64,000 nt of DNA from Deferribacterales bacterium (lineage in GTDB: Bacteria > Chrysiogenota > Deferribacteres > Deferribacterales > Geovibrionaceae). The notes beneath the pieces were generated by a model. That model ran no database searches and was not told the DNA's origin. It saw only the letters and a list, made by a program, of their open reading frames with translations. The translations under genes were made by a program, and so were the position numbers. The stretch spans positions 1 to 64,000 of the forward strand of contig JBFWMA010000011.1 of the NCBI GenBank assembly GCA_050251875.1, written 5' to 3'. Of the stretch, positions 1 to 9,790 are shown in pieces. Position 1 is the first letter of the stretch, and every line of letters starts with the position of its first letter.

Positions 1-2
1 AT

Positions 3-677
3 ATTCAAGCCTCCTTATTCCCCAAAGACGCTGTATTTCAGTGCATGTCATCATCAGAGCCTTTCTATGCGAAGATTAAACATATCTACGGAACCAGCAG
101 TTATGAGCTCTTCATAAGGAATGGAATGATAGAGGATTTGCCTGTCAGTAAAGAATCAGTAAATGAAACAGCACAGACAGCACAATCCTCAACTGACATA
201 AACTCATCTCTAAGCGAAATGCTGAAACAGAAGTTTGCATCAGAAATGAGCAGTTCAAGCCTCAGCGGAACAAGCCTGCTTCAGGCCGTAAATCAATCTG
301 TACCGCATGCGGTAATGGATACTCCGGAAAAAGCTCTTGATGTCTATTGGGTCTCGTCAAATGGAGCGTGTGAAAATCTGGCTATTGTCTCCAGAGCCAA
401 GCTGTCGAAGAATGTAACCTCAATAGATAACTACATCAGATGTAACGGGCAAATAAAGCAGCTGGCAAACACACCTCTGCCCGTCACAATACCCGACAGC
501 GTTAAATCAAAAGAGACTGACTTCATCAGACAGGTCAAAAACTCAGGAAGCGTGATGTATTATGACTCCATGACAGGAATAACAGTCCTAGGCAGAAAAG
601 AAAAAGACACATGCCAAGCCACATTATTTTATATCAAAAATAACTCACTTTTATATGTATCAGCCATAGGCTGTTAA
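3..677 (+). CDS. Hypothetical protein, probably 5'-truncated by the window edge
   Basis: 210-aa ORF from ATG 45; the frame stays open back to position 3; no family recognised. Confidence 0.6.
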   Translation: MQASLFPKDAVFQCMSSSEPFYAKIKHIYGTSSYELFIRNGMIEDLPVSKESVNETAQTAQSSTDINSSLSEMLKQKFASEMSSSSLSGTSLLQAVNQSVPHAVMDTPEKALDVYWVSSNGACENLAIVSRAKLSKNVTSIDNYIRCNGQIKQLANTPLPVTIPDSVKSKETDFIRQVKNSGSVMYYDSMTGITVLGRKEKDTCQATLFYIKNNSLLYVSAIGC

Positions 678-751
678 GACTTAATCACTGGCACGAAGAT
701 TTTTCTTCGTGCCTCTTCAATATCACTAATAAAATCAAAAAGCACCCTGAA

Positions 752-943
752 CAAAATACCACAAAAAAAATCACACTGTATTATAAGCAAGTTACATAAG
801 CAAAAAACGCTCATCCAAAATACCACAAAAATTTTCCAAGAAAATATGTATAATATCAAGTTTATTCTGCCATCAATTTAGACGCTAAATCACCACAATA
901 TTCATTTAAAATTTTTTCTCAAAATAACAAAATACCACAAAAA
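752..943 (+). repeat. Three perfect 16-bp direct repeats CAAAATACCACAAAAA
   Basis: Copies at 752-767, 816-831 and 928-943 upstream of xis. Confidence 0.85.
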
Positions 944-989
944 AAGTTCCAAAATTCTTTTAGCCTCATTTGAGAAACGGAGGCTGTTT

Positions 990-1196
990 ATGACTACATA
1001 CAATAATGACGACGAACTCCTCACATATACAGAAGTTGCAAAAATACTAAAAGTTAAACCCAAAACTGTGATGAACTGGAAATCGTTAGGTCGGTTTCAC
1101 CCCAGTGAATATGTAAAATATGGAAAATCTAAAAGCGCAGACATAAGATTTAAAAAATCTGCAATAGAGGCAAGAATTAAGAGGAATTTTTTCTAA
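990..1196 (+). CDS. Excisionase-like helix-turn-helix protein (HTH_17-type)
   Basis: LLTYTEVAKILKVKPKTVMNW motif; 68 aa; GGAGG SD; directly upstream of the integrase. Confidence 0.85.
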   Translation: MTTYNNDDELLTYTEVAKILKVKPKTVMNWKSLGRFHPSEYVKYGKSKSADIRFKKSAIEARIKRNFF

Positions 1197-1227
1197 AGAA
1201 AACTATATTACCTGAAGGAGGTGCAAA

Positions 1228-2463
1228 ATGGCACAACAAAAACGAAAAGACGTTGCTGTCCGCCGAGATAAAGATCGGCTACTGTTAGACTTTTACTATC
1301 AAGGTGTCCGATGCAGGGAATACCTAAGTGTAAAAGCAAGTAAAGACGGACAGAGGTATGCCGAACGACAGGCAAAACAGCTTGAACAACAGATTTTGGA
1401 CAATCAGTTCAATTACGCTGACTGGTTTCCAAACTCTAAAAAATGCTCTTATTTCATGTCAAAACCATCAAACACGGATATGACGTTTGGTGATGTTGCT
1501 GAAGAATGGCTGAAACAGATTGAGCGTCTACACAGAGCAGAAGAACTCAAGTACAGTACTCTAAAATCCTATAAAGCAGGATTACAGTGTAATTTACGCT
1601 ATTTTGAAAGGCGTGAAATCAGGCATATCTCAAAAGATATGATAGACGAGTACAAGTACAACCTTCTTGACTCTGAATTATCAAAAAAGACAATCAATAA
1701 TCGACTCACTCCGCTCAGGCAGGTTTTTGAGTTTGCATACGAACATGGCTATATCGACCACAACGAGATGGATAGGGTCAGAAATTTCACAGTAGAACTG
1801 CCTGACATTGAACCGTTCAACCAACTCGAAGTGAATGCAATTCTTGAATATCTGGAAAAAAATGAGCCGAAATTCCATGCAATGTTCACAGTGCTATTCC
1901 ACACCGGAATGCGTATAGGTGAAGTTCTGGCAATGAAGTGGAAGAATTTTGATGTCATGTTCAGAAGCTACCATGTTAAAGAGCATTTTACTGAAAAGAG
2001 ATTAACCACACCAAAAACCAAAGCATCAAAACGTGCAGTACCACTGACAGATGAAGCTTTATCTGCATTAAAGAATCACCGACAATACTCTTTTCTTGGC
2101 TCAGAGTTTATCTTCTGCAATCAATATGGCGACCCGTGGGTATCATCCGAAAACATAATGAGATATGTCTGGGACCCTATGTTAAAAAAACTGGGTATAG
2201 CATACCGCATCATCTATCAGTGCAGACATACTCATGCGAGCCTTTCCATTCTTGCCGGAGATAACCAACAACATATTGCTGAAAGAATGGGACATACGAA
2301 CGTAGGAACACTAATCACCAGATACGCTAAATACGTCAAAGCGATTGAGTTTCAGCAGCCTAAAATAGGCTCATTCCTCTCAAGTCAAAAGCAATCAACA
2401 CAGTCTAATGGGCACATGCTGTCAGAATACTGTCAGAATCAAGAAAGCCCCATTACCAACTAA
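1228..2463 (+). CDS. Tyrosine recombinase/phage integrase with N-terminal arm-binding domain
   Basis: HTGMRIGE (R), TPKT (K), YQCRHT, MGH, TRYAKY (Y); N-terminal DFYYQGVRCRE. Confidence 0.95.
   Translation: MAQQKRKDVAVRRDKDRLLLDFYYQGVRCREYLSVKASKDGQRYAERQAKQLEQQILDNQFNYADWFPNSKKCSYFMSKPSNTDMTFGDVAEEWLKQIERLHRAEELKYSTLKSYKAGLQCNLRYFERREIRHISKDMIDEYKYNLLDSELSKKTINNRLTPLRQVFEFAYEHGYIDHNEMDRVRNFTVELPDIEPFNQLEVNAILEYLEKNEPKFHAMFTVLFHTGMRIGEVLAMKWKNFDVMFRSYHVKEHFTEKRLTTPKTKASKRAVPLTDEALSALKNHRQYSFLGSEFIFCNQYGDPWVSSENIMRYVWDPMLKKLGIAYRIIYQCRHTHASLSILAGDNQQHIAERMGHTNVGTLITRYAKYVKAIEFQQPKIGSFLSSQKQSTQSNGHMLSEYCQNQESPITN
2419..2439 (+). repeat. Tandem 10-bp repeat CTGTCAGAAT x2, putative integrase arm-type sites
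   Basis: Copies at 2419-2428 and 2430-2439, about 50 bp from the tRNA 3' end. Confidence 0.6.
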
Positions 2464-2486
2464 TTGATAACAGGGCTCTTTTAGAG

Positions 2487-2572
2487 TGCCGAGAGGGGGA
2501 CTCGAACCCCCACAGGATTTAACTCCCACAGGATCCTTAGTCCTGCGTGTCTACCAGTTCCACCACCTCGGC
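2487..2572 (-). tRNA. tRNA-Leu(AAG), long variable arm, CCA not encoded
   Basis: Minus strand GCCGAGGTGGTGGAACTGGTAGACACG-CAGGA-CTAAGGA-TCCTG-...GGGGGTTCGAGTCCCCCTCTCGGCA; 7-nt loop C-U-A-A-G-G-A; discriminator A. Confidence 0.93.
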
Positions 2573-2600
2573 TATTACCAATCTTGTTGGTGTGTGGGAG

Positions 2601-2629
2601 GTTATATCAACTCACAGAATTAATGTCAA
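2601..2629 (-). promoter_or_regulatory. sigma70-type promoter of tRNA-Leu
   Basis: TTGACA-N17-TATAAC with TG extension. Confidence 0.75.
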
Positions 2630-2701
2630 GCTCAAAATTACATTATGCGCATAATAGTAAAATATTTTTCAAATCATTTATTTACCATAACACGCAATAA
2701 G

Positions 2702-3064
2702 TTATGCAGGCGTAACATCCCTGATTATAGAGCTGAATCCCACAATCTTGTCATTTTCGGTTATCATCTGCATAGAAAACTGTATTATGAGTTTTCTTCC
2801 GTCCTTAGTCAGGGCGGGCACTTTCAGCATTTTGTCCCGATATTTTGTCTCGCCGCTCTCGGCAACCTGATAAAAACCGTCCCAGTGCCTCTGGCGGTGC
2901 TTTTCGGGAATAATGATATCAAGGTTTTTTCCCATCACCTCATCCGCCCCGAACCCGAATATCTTCTCACACCCGGCGTTCCAATAGCGGATATTGCCGT
3001 CAACACTGACATAGATTATTCCATCGTCAGCCTTTTCTGCCATTTGCAAAAGAAAATCATTCAT
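2702..3064 (-). CDS. Stand-alone PAS domain protein
   Basis: DGNIRYWNAGCEKIFGF..EVMGKNLDIIIPE..RHW..IRDVT PAS signature. Confidence 0.85.
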   Translation of the reverse strand: MNDFLLQMAEKADDGIIYVSVDGNIRYWNAGCEKIFGFGADEVMGKNLDIIIPEKHRQRHWDGFYQVAESGETKYRDKMLKVPALTKDGRKLIIQFSMQMITENDKIVGFSSIIRDVTPA

Positions 3065-3142
3065 ACGTCACCCTAATCCGAAATATATGCCGGGGCGCTA
3101 ATCCCGCAAGCAAAAACACTTCACACTTTCAATCCTAAGCTA

Positions 3143-3171
3143 TTGACAAGAAAACACCCAATGACTATAAT
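3143..3171 (+). promoter_or_regulatory. Consensus sigma70 promoter of the thrS operon
   Basis: TTGACA-N17-TATAAT. Confidence 0.85.
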
Positions 3172-3204
3172 TTATGGTTCAAAAACCCATCGGGAGCATA
3201 TTAT

Positions 3205-5127
3205 ATGAATATTTTTCTTCCCTCTGGTGACAAGCTGGAAATCGAAAACGGCGCAACCGCTTTCGATGTGGCAAACACCATAAGCAAAGGACTGGCGAAA
3301 AACGCGCTCGCCGCTGAAATTAACGGTAACCTTGTAGATATTTACGCCGCTGTCGGCGATAACGATAAAGTCAGAATCATAACGGAAAAAGACACCGAGG
3401 CGCTGGAAATCCTCCGCCACTCCACAGCCCACCTCATGGCACAGGCTGTCCAGAGGCTTTTTAAAGACGCCAAAGTGACAATCGGACCCGTTATTAAAGA
3501 CGGCTTTTACTACGACTTCGACATGGGCGATGACAAGTTCACCCCCGAAGATCTCGAAAAAATCGAAAAAGAGATGGCTAAGATAGCCTCCGAAGCAATC
3601 CCCTGCAAACGCAGAGTGGTTTCAATCGATGACGCTAAAAAAGAGTTTTCGCACGAGAAATATAAAATCGAACTGATCGAAGGGATCGCCGAAAAAGGCG
3701 ACAAGACAGTATCTCTTTACGATCAGGGCGACTTCACCGACCTCTGCCGCGGTCCTCACATGGACAACACTAAGCGCATCAAGCACTTCAAGCTGCTGTC
3801 CGTTGCCGGCGCATACTGGCGCGGCGATGAAAAGAACAAAATGCTTCAGCGTATCTACGGCACAAGCTGGTTCAAAAAAGATGAACTGGACGCATACCTG
3901 AACATGCTGGAAGAGGCGAAAAAACGTGACCACCGCAAACTGGGCAAACAGCTCAAACTCTTCACAATAGAAGACGAGGTGGGAGCCGGATTCCCTATTT
4001 ATCTGCCCAGAGGCGGAGCGCTCAGAGCCACTCTGGAGGAGTTCGAGCGCAAAGAACACCTGAAAAGAGGCTATGAAATAGTATACGGTCCCCAGATTCT
4101 GAAACAGGACCTGTGGAAACTCTCCGGACACTATGACAACTACCGTGAAAACATGTATTTCACATCCATAGACGATGTGGCTTTCGGCGTTAAACCCATG
4201 AACTGTCTGTCACACATGATGGTTTTCAAATCAGAGATCAGAAGCTACCGTGACCTGCCCCAGCGCTATTTCGAGCTGGGAACAGTACACCGCCACGAAA
4301 AATCCGGCGTTCTCCACGGTCTCATGCGTGTGCGGGCGTTCACACAGGACGATGCTCACATCCTCTGCACCCCCGAACAGCTCAATGACGAGATCATAGG
4401 CATCATAGATTTCGTTAACTATGTAATGGACATATTCGGTTTCGAATACGAGATAGAAGTCTCCACACGTCCCGAAAAATTCATCGGTTCAGTGGAAAAC
4501 TGGGAAAAAGCGACAGACGCTCTCTTCAGCGCCCTGAAAGCAAAAGGACTCCCCTATGAGATCAACGAGGGAGACGGCGCTTTCTACGGACCCAAAATCG
4601 ATATCAAGCTGAAAGACGCCATCGGACGTTTCTGGCAGTGCGCCACAATCCAGGCGGATTTCAACCTGCCTGAGCGCTTCGACCTTAATTATATAGGAGA
4701 GGACGGACAAAAACACCGCCCCATCATGCTCCACAGAGTTATCCTCGGTTCTGTCGACCGCTTCATCGGCGTTCTGACAGAGCATTTCGCCGGAAATTTC
4801 CCCATATGGATATCCCCCGTTCAGGTGCGTGTGATAAACATTACAGACGCCCAGCTCGACTACTGTAAAGAGCTGACAGCTAAGCTGAAAGCGGAAGGAT
4901 TCCGTGTGGACACCGATTTCCGCAACGAAAAAATAGGCTTCAAGATCAGAGAAGCCCAGATGGAAAAGATTCCGCACATGCTGATCATCGGTCAGAATGA
5001 AGCCGATAATAAGAAAGTATCAGTCAGATTAAGAAGCGGAGAAACTAAAAATGAGCTTGATTTTTCTGACTATATTAGTGTATTAAGAGAGTCCGACCAA
5101 AATAAGACATTAAACCTCTGGAGGTGA
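3205..5127 (+). CDS. thrS: Threonyl-tRNA synthetase
   Basis: TGS domain, [31 protein letters not shown]. Confidence 0.98.
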   Translation: MNIFLPSGDKLEIENGATAFDVANTISKGLAKNALAAEINGNLVDIYAAVGDNDKVRIITEKDTEALEILRHSTAHLMAQAVQRLFKDAKVTIGPVIKDGFYYDFDMGDDKFTPEDLEKIEKEMAKIASEAIPCKRRVVSIDDAKKEFSHEKYKIELIEGIAEKGDKTVSLYDQGDFTDLCRGPHMDNTKRIKHFKLLSVAGAYWRGDEKNKMLQRIYGTSWFKKDELDAYLNMLEEAKKRDHRKLGKQLKLFTIEDEVGAGFPIYLPRGGALRATLEEFERKEHLKRGYEIVYGPQILKQDLWKLSGHYDNYRENMYFTSIDDVAFGVKPMNCLSHMMVFKSEIRSYRDLPQRYFELGTVHRHEKSGVLHGLMRVRAFTQDDAHILCTPEQLNDEIIGIIDFVNYVMDIFGFEYEIEVSTRPEKFIGSVENWEKATDALFSALKAKGLPYEINEGDGAFYGPKIDIKLKDAIGRFWQCATIQADFNLPERFDLNYIGEDGQKHRPIMLHRVILGSVDRFIGVLTEHFAGNFPIWISPVQVRVINITDAQLDYCKELTAKLKAEGFRVDTDFRNEKIGFKIREAQMEKIPHMLIIGQNEADNKKVSVRLRSGETKNELDFSDYISVLRESDQNKTLNLWR

Positions 5128-5130
5128 TAT

Positions 5131-5685
5131 ATAAAATTCCCTGGAAAACCTAGTCCTAACGTGGACAAAGAAAGAATCAACGAGGCGATCCCTCACAAAG
5201 AGGTAAGACTTGTTTTGGACGATGGCACACAACATGGTGTCTGCAGTATAGAAGAGGCTATGGGTATAGCCGAAAAAGCCGGTCTCGACCTTGTTGAGGT
5301 GGCTCCCACAGCAAAGCCCCCTGTCTGCCGTGTTATGGATTACGGCAAGTTCAAGTTCGAAAAAGAAAAGAAAGACAGGGAAGCCAGAAAAAAACAGAGA
5401 CAGAACCAGGTAGACACAAAGGAAGTTAAATTCCGTCCGAAGATCGAGGAACATGACTATGGCGTTAAGCTGAAAAACGTCAGAAAGTTTCTGGCTGACG
5501 GTGACAAGGTGAAAGTGATCCTTCGTTACCGCGGTCGTGAGATGATGTTCCAGGAAGCGGGACTGGAATTGCTTAATAAAGTCAAGACAGATGTCGAGGA
5601 TCTCGGCGTCGTTGACCAGAAGCCCGAGCTTCAGGGCAAGCAGCAGGTAATGATAATATCTCCGATAGCATCTCCTGCAAACTAA
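5131..5685 (+). CDS. infC: Translation initiation factor IF-3, probable ATA start at 5131 (track uses GTG 5161)
   Basis: INEAI..VRLV, LDLVEVAP..PPVCRVMDYGK; GGAGGT SD 5 nt before an in-frame ATA. Confidence 0.95.
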   Translation: MKFPGKPSPNVDKERINEAIPHKEVRLVLDDGTQHGVCSIEEAMGIAEKAGLDLVEVAPTAKPPVCRVMDYGKFKFEKEKKDREARKKQRQNQVDTKEVKFRPKIEEHDYGVKLKNVRKFLADGDKVKVILRYRGREMMFQEAGLELLNKVKTDVEDLGVVDQKPELQGKQQVMIISPIASPAN

Positions 5686-5703
5686 TTTATAGGAGTTTTC
5701 GAA

Positions 5704-5901
5704 ATGCCGAAAATGAAGACCCACAAGGGCGCCGCAAAAAGGTTTAAAGTTACTGGAAGCGGCAAAGTAAAAGCGAAAAAGAGCGGTCTGAGGCACATCC
5801 TCACCTCCAAGACCACTAAACGTAAGCGCAATCTGCGTCACGCCGGAATCATTGAAGGAAAAGACGCGCAGAACATCAAAGTTCTGCTGCCTTACGCTTA
5901 A
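5704..5901 (+). CDS. rpmI: 50S ribosomal protein L35
   Basis: [15 protein letters not shown]; synteny. Confidence 0.98.
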   Translation: MPKMKTHKGAAKRFKVTGSGKVKAKKSGLRHILTSKTTKRKRNLRHAGIIEGKDAQNIKVLLPYA

Positions 5902-5920
5902 TCAGGATAGGAGGTAAGAA

Positions 5921-6268
5921 ATGCCAAGAGCTAAAGGCGGGTACAAAACCCGCAGAAGAAGAAAGGAGTGGCTTAAACGCTCCAAAGGTTTTAGAGGACA
6001 GATCAACAACGTCTATAAGAAAAGCCGCGAGCAGGTCGAAAGAGCTCTGAACGCTGCCTTCTCTGGTAGAAAACAGAAAAAACGTGACTACAGAAAACTG
6101 TGGATCATCCGTATCAACGCCGCCGTTCGTCAGCATGGACTCAGCTACAGTGCTTTCATGGGCGGAATGAAAAAACTTGGTATCGAACTCGACAGGAAAG
6201 TTCTCGCCGATATGGCAGTAAAAAGTCCCGCAGAATTCGAACAGCTTTGCAAACAGGTTAAAGCCTGA
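5921..6268 (+). CDS. rplT: 50S ribosomal protein L20
   Basis: [28 protein letters not shown]. Confidence 0.98.
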   Translation: MPRAKGGYKTRRRRKEWLKRSKGFRGQINNVYKKSREQVERALNAAFSGRKQKKRDYRKLWIIRINAAVRQHGLSYSAFMGGMKKLGIELDRKVLADMAVKSPAEFEQLCKQVKA

Positions 6269-6281
6269 TTTGCTTAACACA

Positions 6282-6306
6282 GGGGAGCTCATGGCTCCCC
6301 TTTTTT
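6282..6306 (+). terminator. Intrinsic terminator after rplT
   Basis: GGGGAGC-TCATG-GCTCCCC plus T6. Confidence 0.85.
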
Positions 6307-6381
6307 ATACAGTTTTGAAGATAATTTTTTTCAGAATTATATAAAAAAATTCAGAATCACGAAGACAAACGGAGCCTCTAA

Positions 6382-7395
6382 ATGTTAGTCGACCTAAATG
6401 AAATCAAAAAGTATGAAGACGAGATCAGACAATCAGAAACATCCGCCGATCTGTACCAGGTCAAGGTAAAATATCTGGGCAAAAAAGGTATAATCAGCGA
6501 CCTGAGCAAACAGCTCAAAGATGTTCCCAATGAAAACAAAAAAGAATTCGGCATGATGATAGGCGAGCTGAGAAACTCTTTCGAGGCGATGTATGACGCC
6601 AGAGAGAAAGAGCTGGCTCAGTCCGAGCTTTCCGCCAAGCTGACAGGAGAATCACTGGACATCACCATGTCCGGCGTTCCCTTCAACGCCGGAAGCATCC
6701 ACCCCATCATGTCCGTTTACTATGAAATAGTTAATATATTCACCTCTATGGGTTTCGAGGTGGCAGTGGGACCCGAGCTGGAGCTGGACATGTTCAACTT
6801 CGAAATGCTCAACATCCCGCAGGAACACCCCGCCAGAGACATGCAGGACACATTCTATGTCTCTGAGGACACAGTTCTCAGAACCCACACATCACCCGTG
6901 CAGGCGAGAACCATGACATCCAAAAATCCGCCGATCAAGATCATAGCCCCCGGCAAAGTATACCGCTGTGACTATGACATCACCCACACGCCTATGTTTC
7001 ATCAGGTGGAGGGACTTCTGGTGGACAAGGATATCACTTTCGGCGACCTGAAAGGAACACTCACAACGTTCATCCAGCGCATGTTCGGAAAAGATATCCC
7101 CGTGCGTTTCCGCCCCAGCTTCTTCCCCTTCACCGAGCCCAGCGCCGAGGTGGACATGGGGTGCACCATGTGCGGCGGCAAGGGATGCCGTGTGTGCAAG
7201 GGCACAGGCTGGCTGGAGATCCTCGGATGCGGAATGGTGAACAACGAAGTTTACAAAAAAGTGGGCTACGACCCTGAATTATACAGCGGATTTGCCTTCG
7301 GAATGGGAATCGAGCGTATCACCATGCTGAAATACGGCATCGGCGACCTCCGCTCATTCTTTGAAAACAACCTGAAATTTTTAAGGCAGTTTTAA
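6382..7395 (+). CDS. pheS: Phenylalanyl-tRNA synthetase alpha subunit
   Basis: HPARDMQDTFY, LRTHTS, FRPSFFPFTEPS, GFAFGMG. Confidence 0.98.
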   Translation: MLVDLNEIKKYEDEIRQSETSADLYQVKVKYLGKKGIISDLSKQLKDVPNENKKEFGMMIGELRNSFEAMYDAREKELAQSELSAKLTGESLDITMSGVPFNAGSIHPIMSVYYEIVNIFTSMGFEVAVGPELELDMFNFEMLNIPQEHPARDMQDTFYVSEDTVLRTHTSPVQARTMTSKNPPIKIIAPGKVYRCDYDITHTPMFHQVEGLLVDKDITFGDLKGTLTTFIQRMFGKDIPVRFRPSFFPFTEPSAEVDMGCTMCGGKGCRVCKGTGWLEILGCGMVNNEVYKKVGYDPELYSGFAFGMGIERITMLKYGIGDLRSFFENNLKFLRQF

Positions 7396-7410
7396 GGCGG
7401 AGGCGGAAAA

Positions 7411-9780
7411 ATGAGAATCAGTTTAAATTGGATAAATGAATTTGTAGACACCACAGGCATCAACCCTCAAGAGCTGGCGGACAAACTTACCATGTCCGGG
7501 CTCGAGGTAGAGGCTCTGGAGATAAAAGAAAGACTCGAAAATGTTGTAGTGGCGAAAGTGCTGAAATGCGAAAAACACCCGGACGCCGATAAACTCTCCC
7601 TCTGCGTGGTTTCCACCGGAGACGAGGAGCATCAGGTCGTGTGCGGAGCGCCCAACGTTGCCGCCGGACAGACTGTTGTCTTCGCCAAGATAGGCGCTGA
7701 ACTCCCCGGCGGATTCAAAATCAAAAAAGCGAAAATCAGAGGCACGGAATCATCAGGCATGATCTGCGCCGAAGACGAGATAGGCATCTCTGAAGACCAC
7801 GCCGGAATCATGATCCTCCCCGACAGCCTTGAGGCGGGAACAGACGTGAACTCCTTCCTCGGACTGCCTGACGTCATGATGGAGATAGGCATCACTCCCA
7901 ACAGAGCTGACTGCCTCAGCATGATAGGCTATGCCCGTGAGATAGCCGCCATCTATGGTCTGCCCATGAAAGCCAAAAATTATGCGCTGAAAGAGACAGA
8001 CGACAAGGCGGAGAACTACAGCGGAGTCGTTATAGAGAACAAAACAGCATGCCCCACTTATACCGCGAGGGTGATAAAAGACGTTAAACTCGCCCCCTCC
8101 CCCTTCTGGATGCAGAATAGACTGCGTGCCGTGGGTGTGCGCCCCATAAACAACATAGTGGATATAACCAACTATGTCTGCTTCGAATACGGACAGCCCC
8201 TGCACACCTTCGACCTGAAAGAGGTTGACGGCAAAATTATAGTCCGCAACGCAAAGCCCGGCGAAAAAATGCTGTTTCTGGATGAGAAAGAGCGCACGTT
8301 TAACGAAGACATGCTTCTGATAGCAGACGAGAAAAAGTCTCTGGCGCTGGCTGGAATCATGGGCGGCGAGCACTCAGGCATCAACCCCGACACTAAAGAT
8401 GTTCTGCTTGAATGTGCCTACTTCGAGCCGAAATCCACCAGAAAAACAGCCCGCAAGCTGGGCATGCAGACAGATGCCTCCTACAGATATGAAAGGGGCA
8501 TAGACCACGCCAACACTCCCCTGATGACTGAATACGGCGCTTACCTTCTTCAGGAAGTTTGCGGCGGAAAAGTATGCAAAGGAGTTCTGGGCGAGGTGGA
8601 AAAACCCGAAGTCATCACATTCGCCGTGGACTCAGAATGGATCAACAAATATCTGGGAACAGAAATCCCACAGAACGACATAGTAAAAATACTGGCTGAC
8701 CTGAACCTGAAACCGGAAGTGAAAGGGACAGTGATCACAGTCACATCCCCCGCCTACAGAGTGGATATCAACGGCAAACAGGATGTCGCCGAAGAGGTGG
8801 CGAGAATCTACGGATATGACAATATCCCCACCACCCTGCCCAAGATACACGCAGACGGCATGCCCATGAGCAGAGAGCTCACAGCCAGACGCGACATCGC
8901 TCAGAAAATGAAAACACTGGGATTCAACGAAGCGGTCAACTACTCCTTCATGAAAGACGACTTCTTAAAGATATTCGATGACGAGTCAAAATTCGTGAAA
9001 CTGCTGAACCCCATATCAGAAGACATGAACACCCTGAGAACTCTCGTTTTCCCCGGTCTTCTGGCGACTATAAAGTTCAACCTGAACAACGGTTTCAAAC
9101 AGGCCAACTTCTTCGAGTTCGCCTCCACCTTCATAAAAACAGGTGAAAAACTGCCCGAGCAGAAAAGCTATATGACAGCCGCCATCGCCGGACAATACTG
9201 GCCCATGAGCTGGGCGGCGCCCGCTCCTTCCGAGCCCTTTTACATCATGAAAGGCGTTCTGGAAAATATCCTGTCCACATACAAGATCAAGGCGGAATAT
9301 GTCAGAAGCGAAAGAAAATATCTGCACCCCGGCAAGGGAGCTGAGGTTATGGTGAACGGACAGTCCATCGGCTTCATAGGCGAGCTTCACCCGGCTATAG
9401 CCGACAGCATCGACCTGAGAGAGAACGTTGTGATATTCGAAATCAGCATGGAAAAACTGGTTGAAAACGCTCAGTTCATCTACAAATTCAGCGATTTCAG
9501 CAAGTTTCCGTCAATATATAAAGATATCTCCGTGGTGGTGGACGACAAAACACCGTCAGTGGACATGATAAGCTGTATCAAAGAGACCAGCAAGCTGGCG
9601 GAAGACGCTTTCCTGTTCGATGTATACGCCGGAAAAGGCATAGAGGAAGGAAAAGCGAGCCGCACATACAGGGTCTACTTCTCCGCAACGGACAGAACGC
9701 TGACCGATGAGGAGACAAACTCTATCCTCCAGAAGATGATAGAGAATCTTTCAAAACAATTCGGAGCGCAGCTCAGGTAA
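7411..9780 (+). CDS. pheT: Phenylalanyl-tRNA synthetase beta subunit
   Basis: HPDADKL, VCGAPNV, TPNRADCLS, EEVARIYGY. Confidence 0.98.
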   Translation: MRISLNWINEFVDTTGINPQELADKLTMSGLEVEALEIKERLENVVVAKVLKCEKHPDADKLSLCVVSTGDEEHQVVCGAPNVAAGQTVVFAKIGAELPGGFKIKKAKIRGTESSGMICAEDEIGISEDHAGIMILPDSLEAGTDVNSFLGLPDVMMEIGITPNRADCLSMIGYAREIAAIYGLPMKAKNYALKETDDKAENYSGVVIENKTACPTYTARVIKDVKLAPSPFWMQNRLRAVGVRPINNIVDITNYVCFEYGQPLHTFDLKEVDGKIIVRNAKPGEKMLFLDEKERTFNEDMLLIADEKKSLALAGIMGGEHSGINPDTKDVLLECAYFEPKSTRKTARKLGMQTDASYRYERGIDHANTPLMTEYGAYLLQEVCGGKVCKGVLGEVEKPEVITFAVDSEWINKYLGTEIPQNDIVKILADLNLKPEVKGTVITVTSPAYRVDINGKQDVAEEVARIYGYDNIPTTLPKIHADGMPMSRELTARRDIAQKMKTLGFNEAVNYSFMKDDFLKIFDDESKFVKLLNPISEDMNTLRTLVFPGLLATIKFNLNNGFKQANFFEFASTFIKTGEKLPEQKSYMTAAIAGQYWPMSWAAPAPSEPFYIMKGVLENILSTYKIKAEYVRSERKYLHPGKGAEVMVNGQSIGFIGELHPAIADSIDLRENVVIFEISMEKLVENAQFIYKFSDFSKFPSIYKDISVVVDDKTPSVDMISCIKETSKLAEDAFLFDVYAGKGIEEGKASRTYRVYFSATDRTLTDEETNSILQKMIENLSKQFGAQLR

Positions 9781-9790
9781 TTTGTGAAAA

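Larger units (their letters stand above)
1..2486. mobile_element. Edge of an integrated element (genomic island/prophage/ICE) inserted at the 3' end of tRNA-Leu; continues beyond the window start
   Basis: xis-like HTH gene plus tyrosine integrase ending 23 bp from the tRNA 3' end; visibly AT-richer than downstream core genes. Confidence 0.85.

Noticed and set aside
674..859. 61-aa hydrophobic minus-strand ORF (possible small toxin)
   Set aside because: Hydrophobicity is explained by the T-rich antisense of the A-rich repeat region; no clear SD
2534..2540. Reading the anticodon as TAA
   Set aside because: The 5-bp stem fixes a 7-nt loop with U33; TAA would need C33 and an off-centre anticodon
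2645..3076. 143-aa plus-strand ORF
   Set aside because: Antisense shadow of the PAS gene
3172..3204. T-box or long leader before thrS
   Set aside because: The promoter lies about 30 bp from the start; no room or motif
6284..6294. 11-nt identity GGAGCTCATGG between the rplT terminator and the candidate sRNA linker
   Set aside because: A match of this length is plausible by chance in 64 kb
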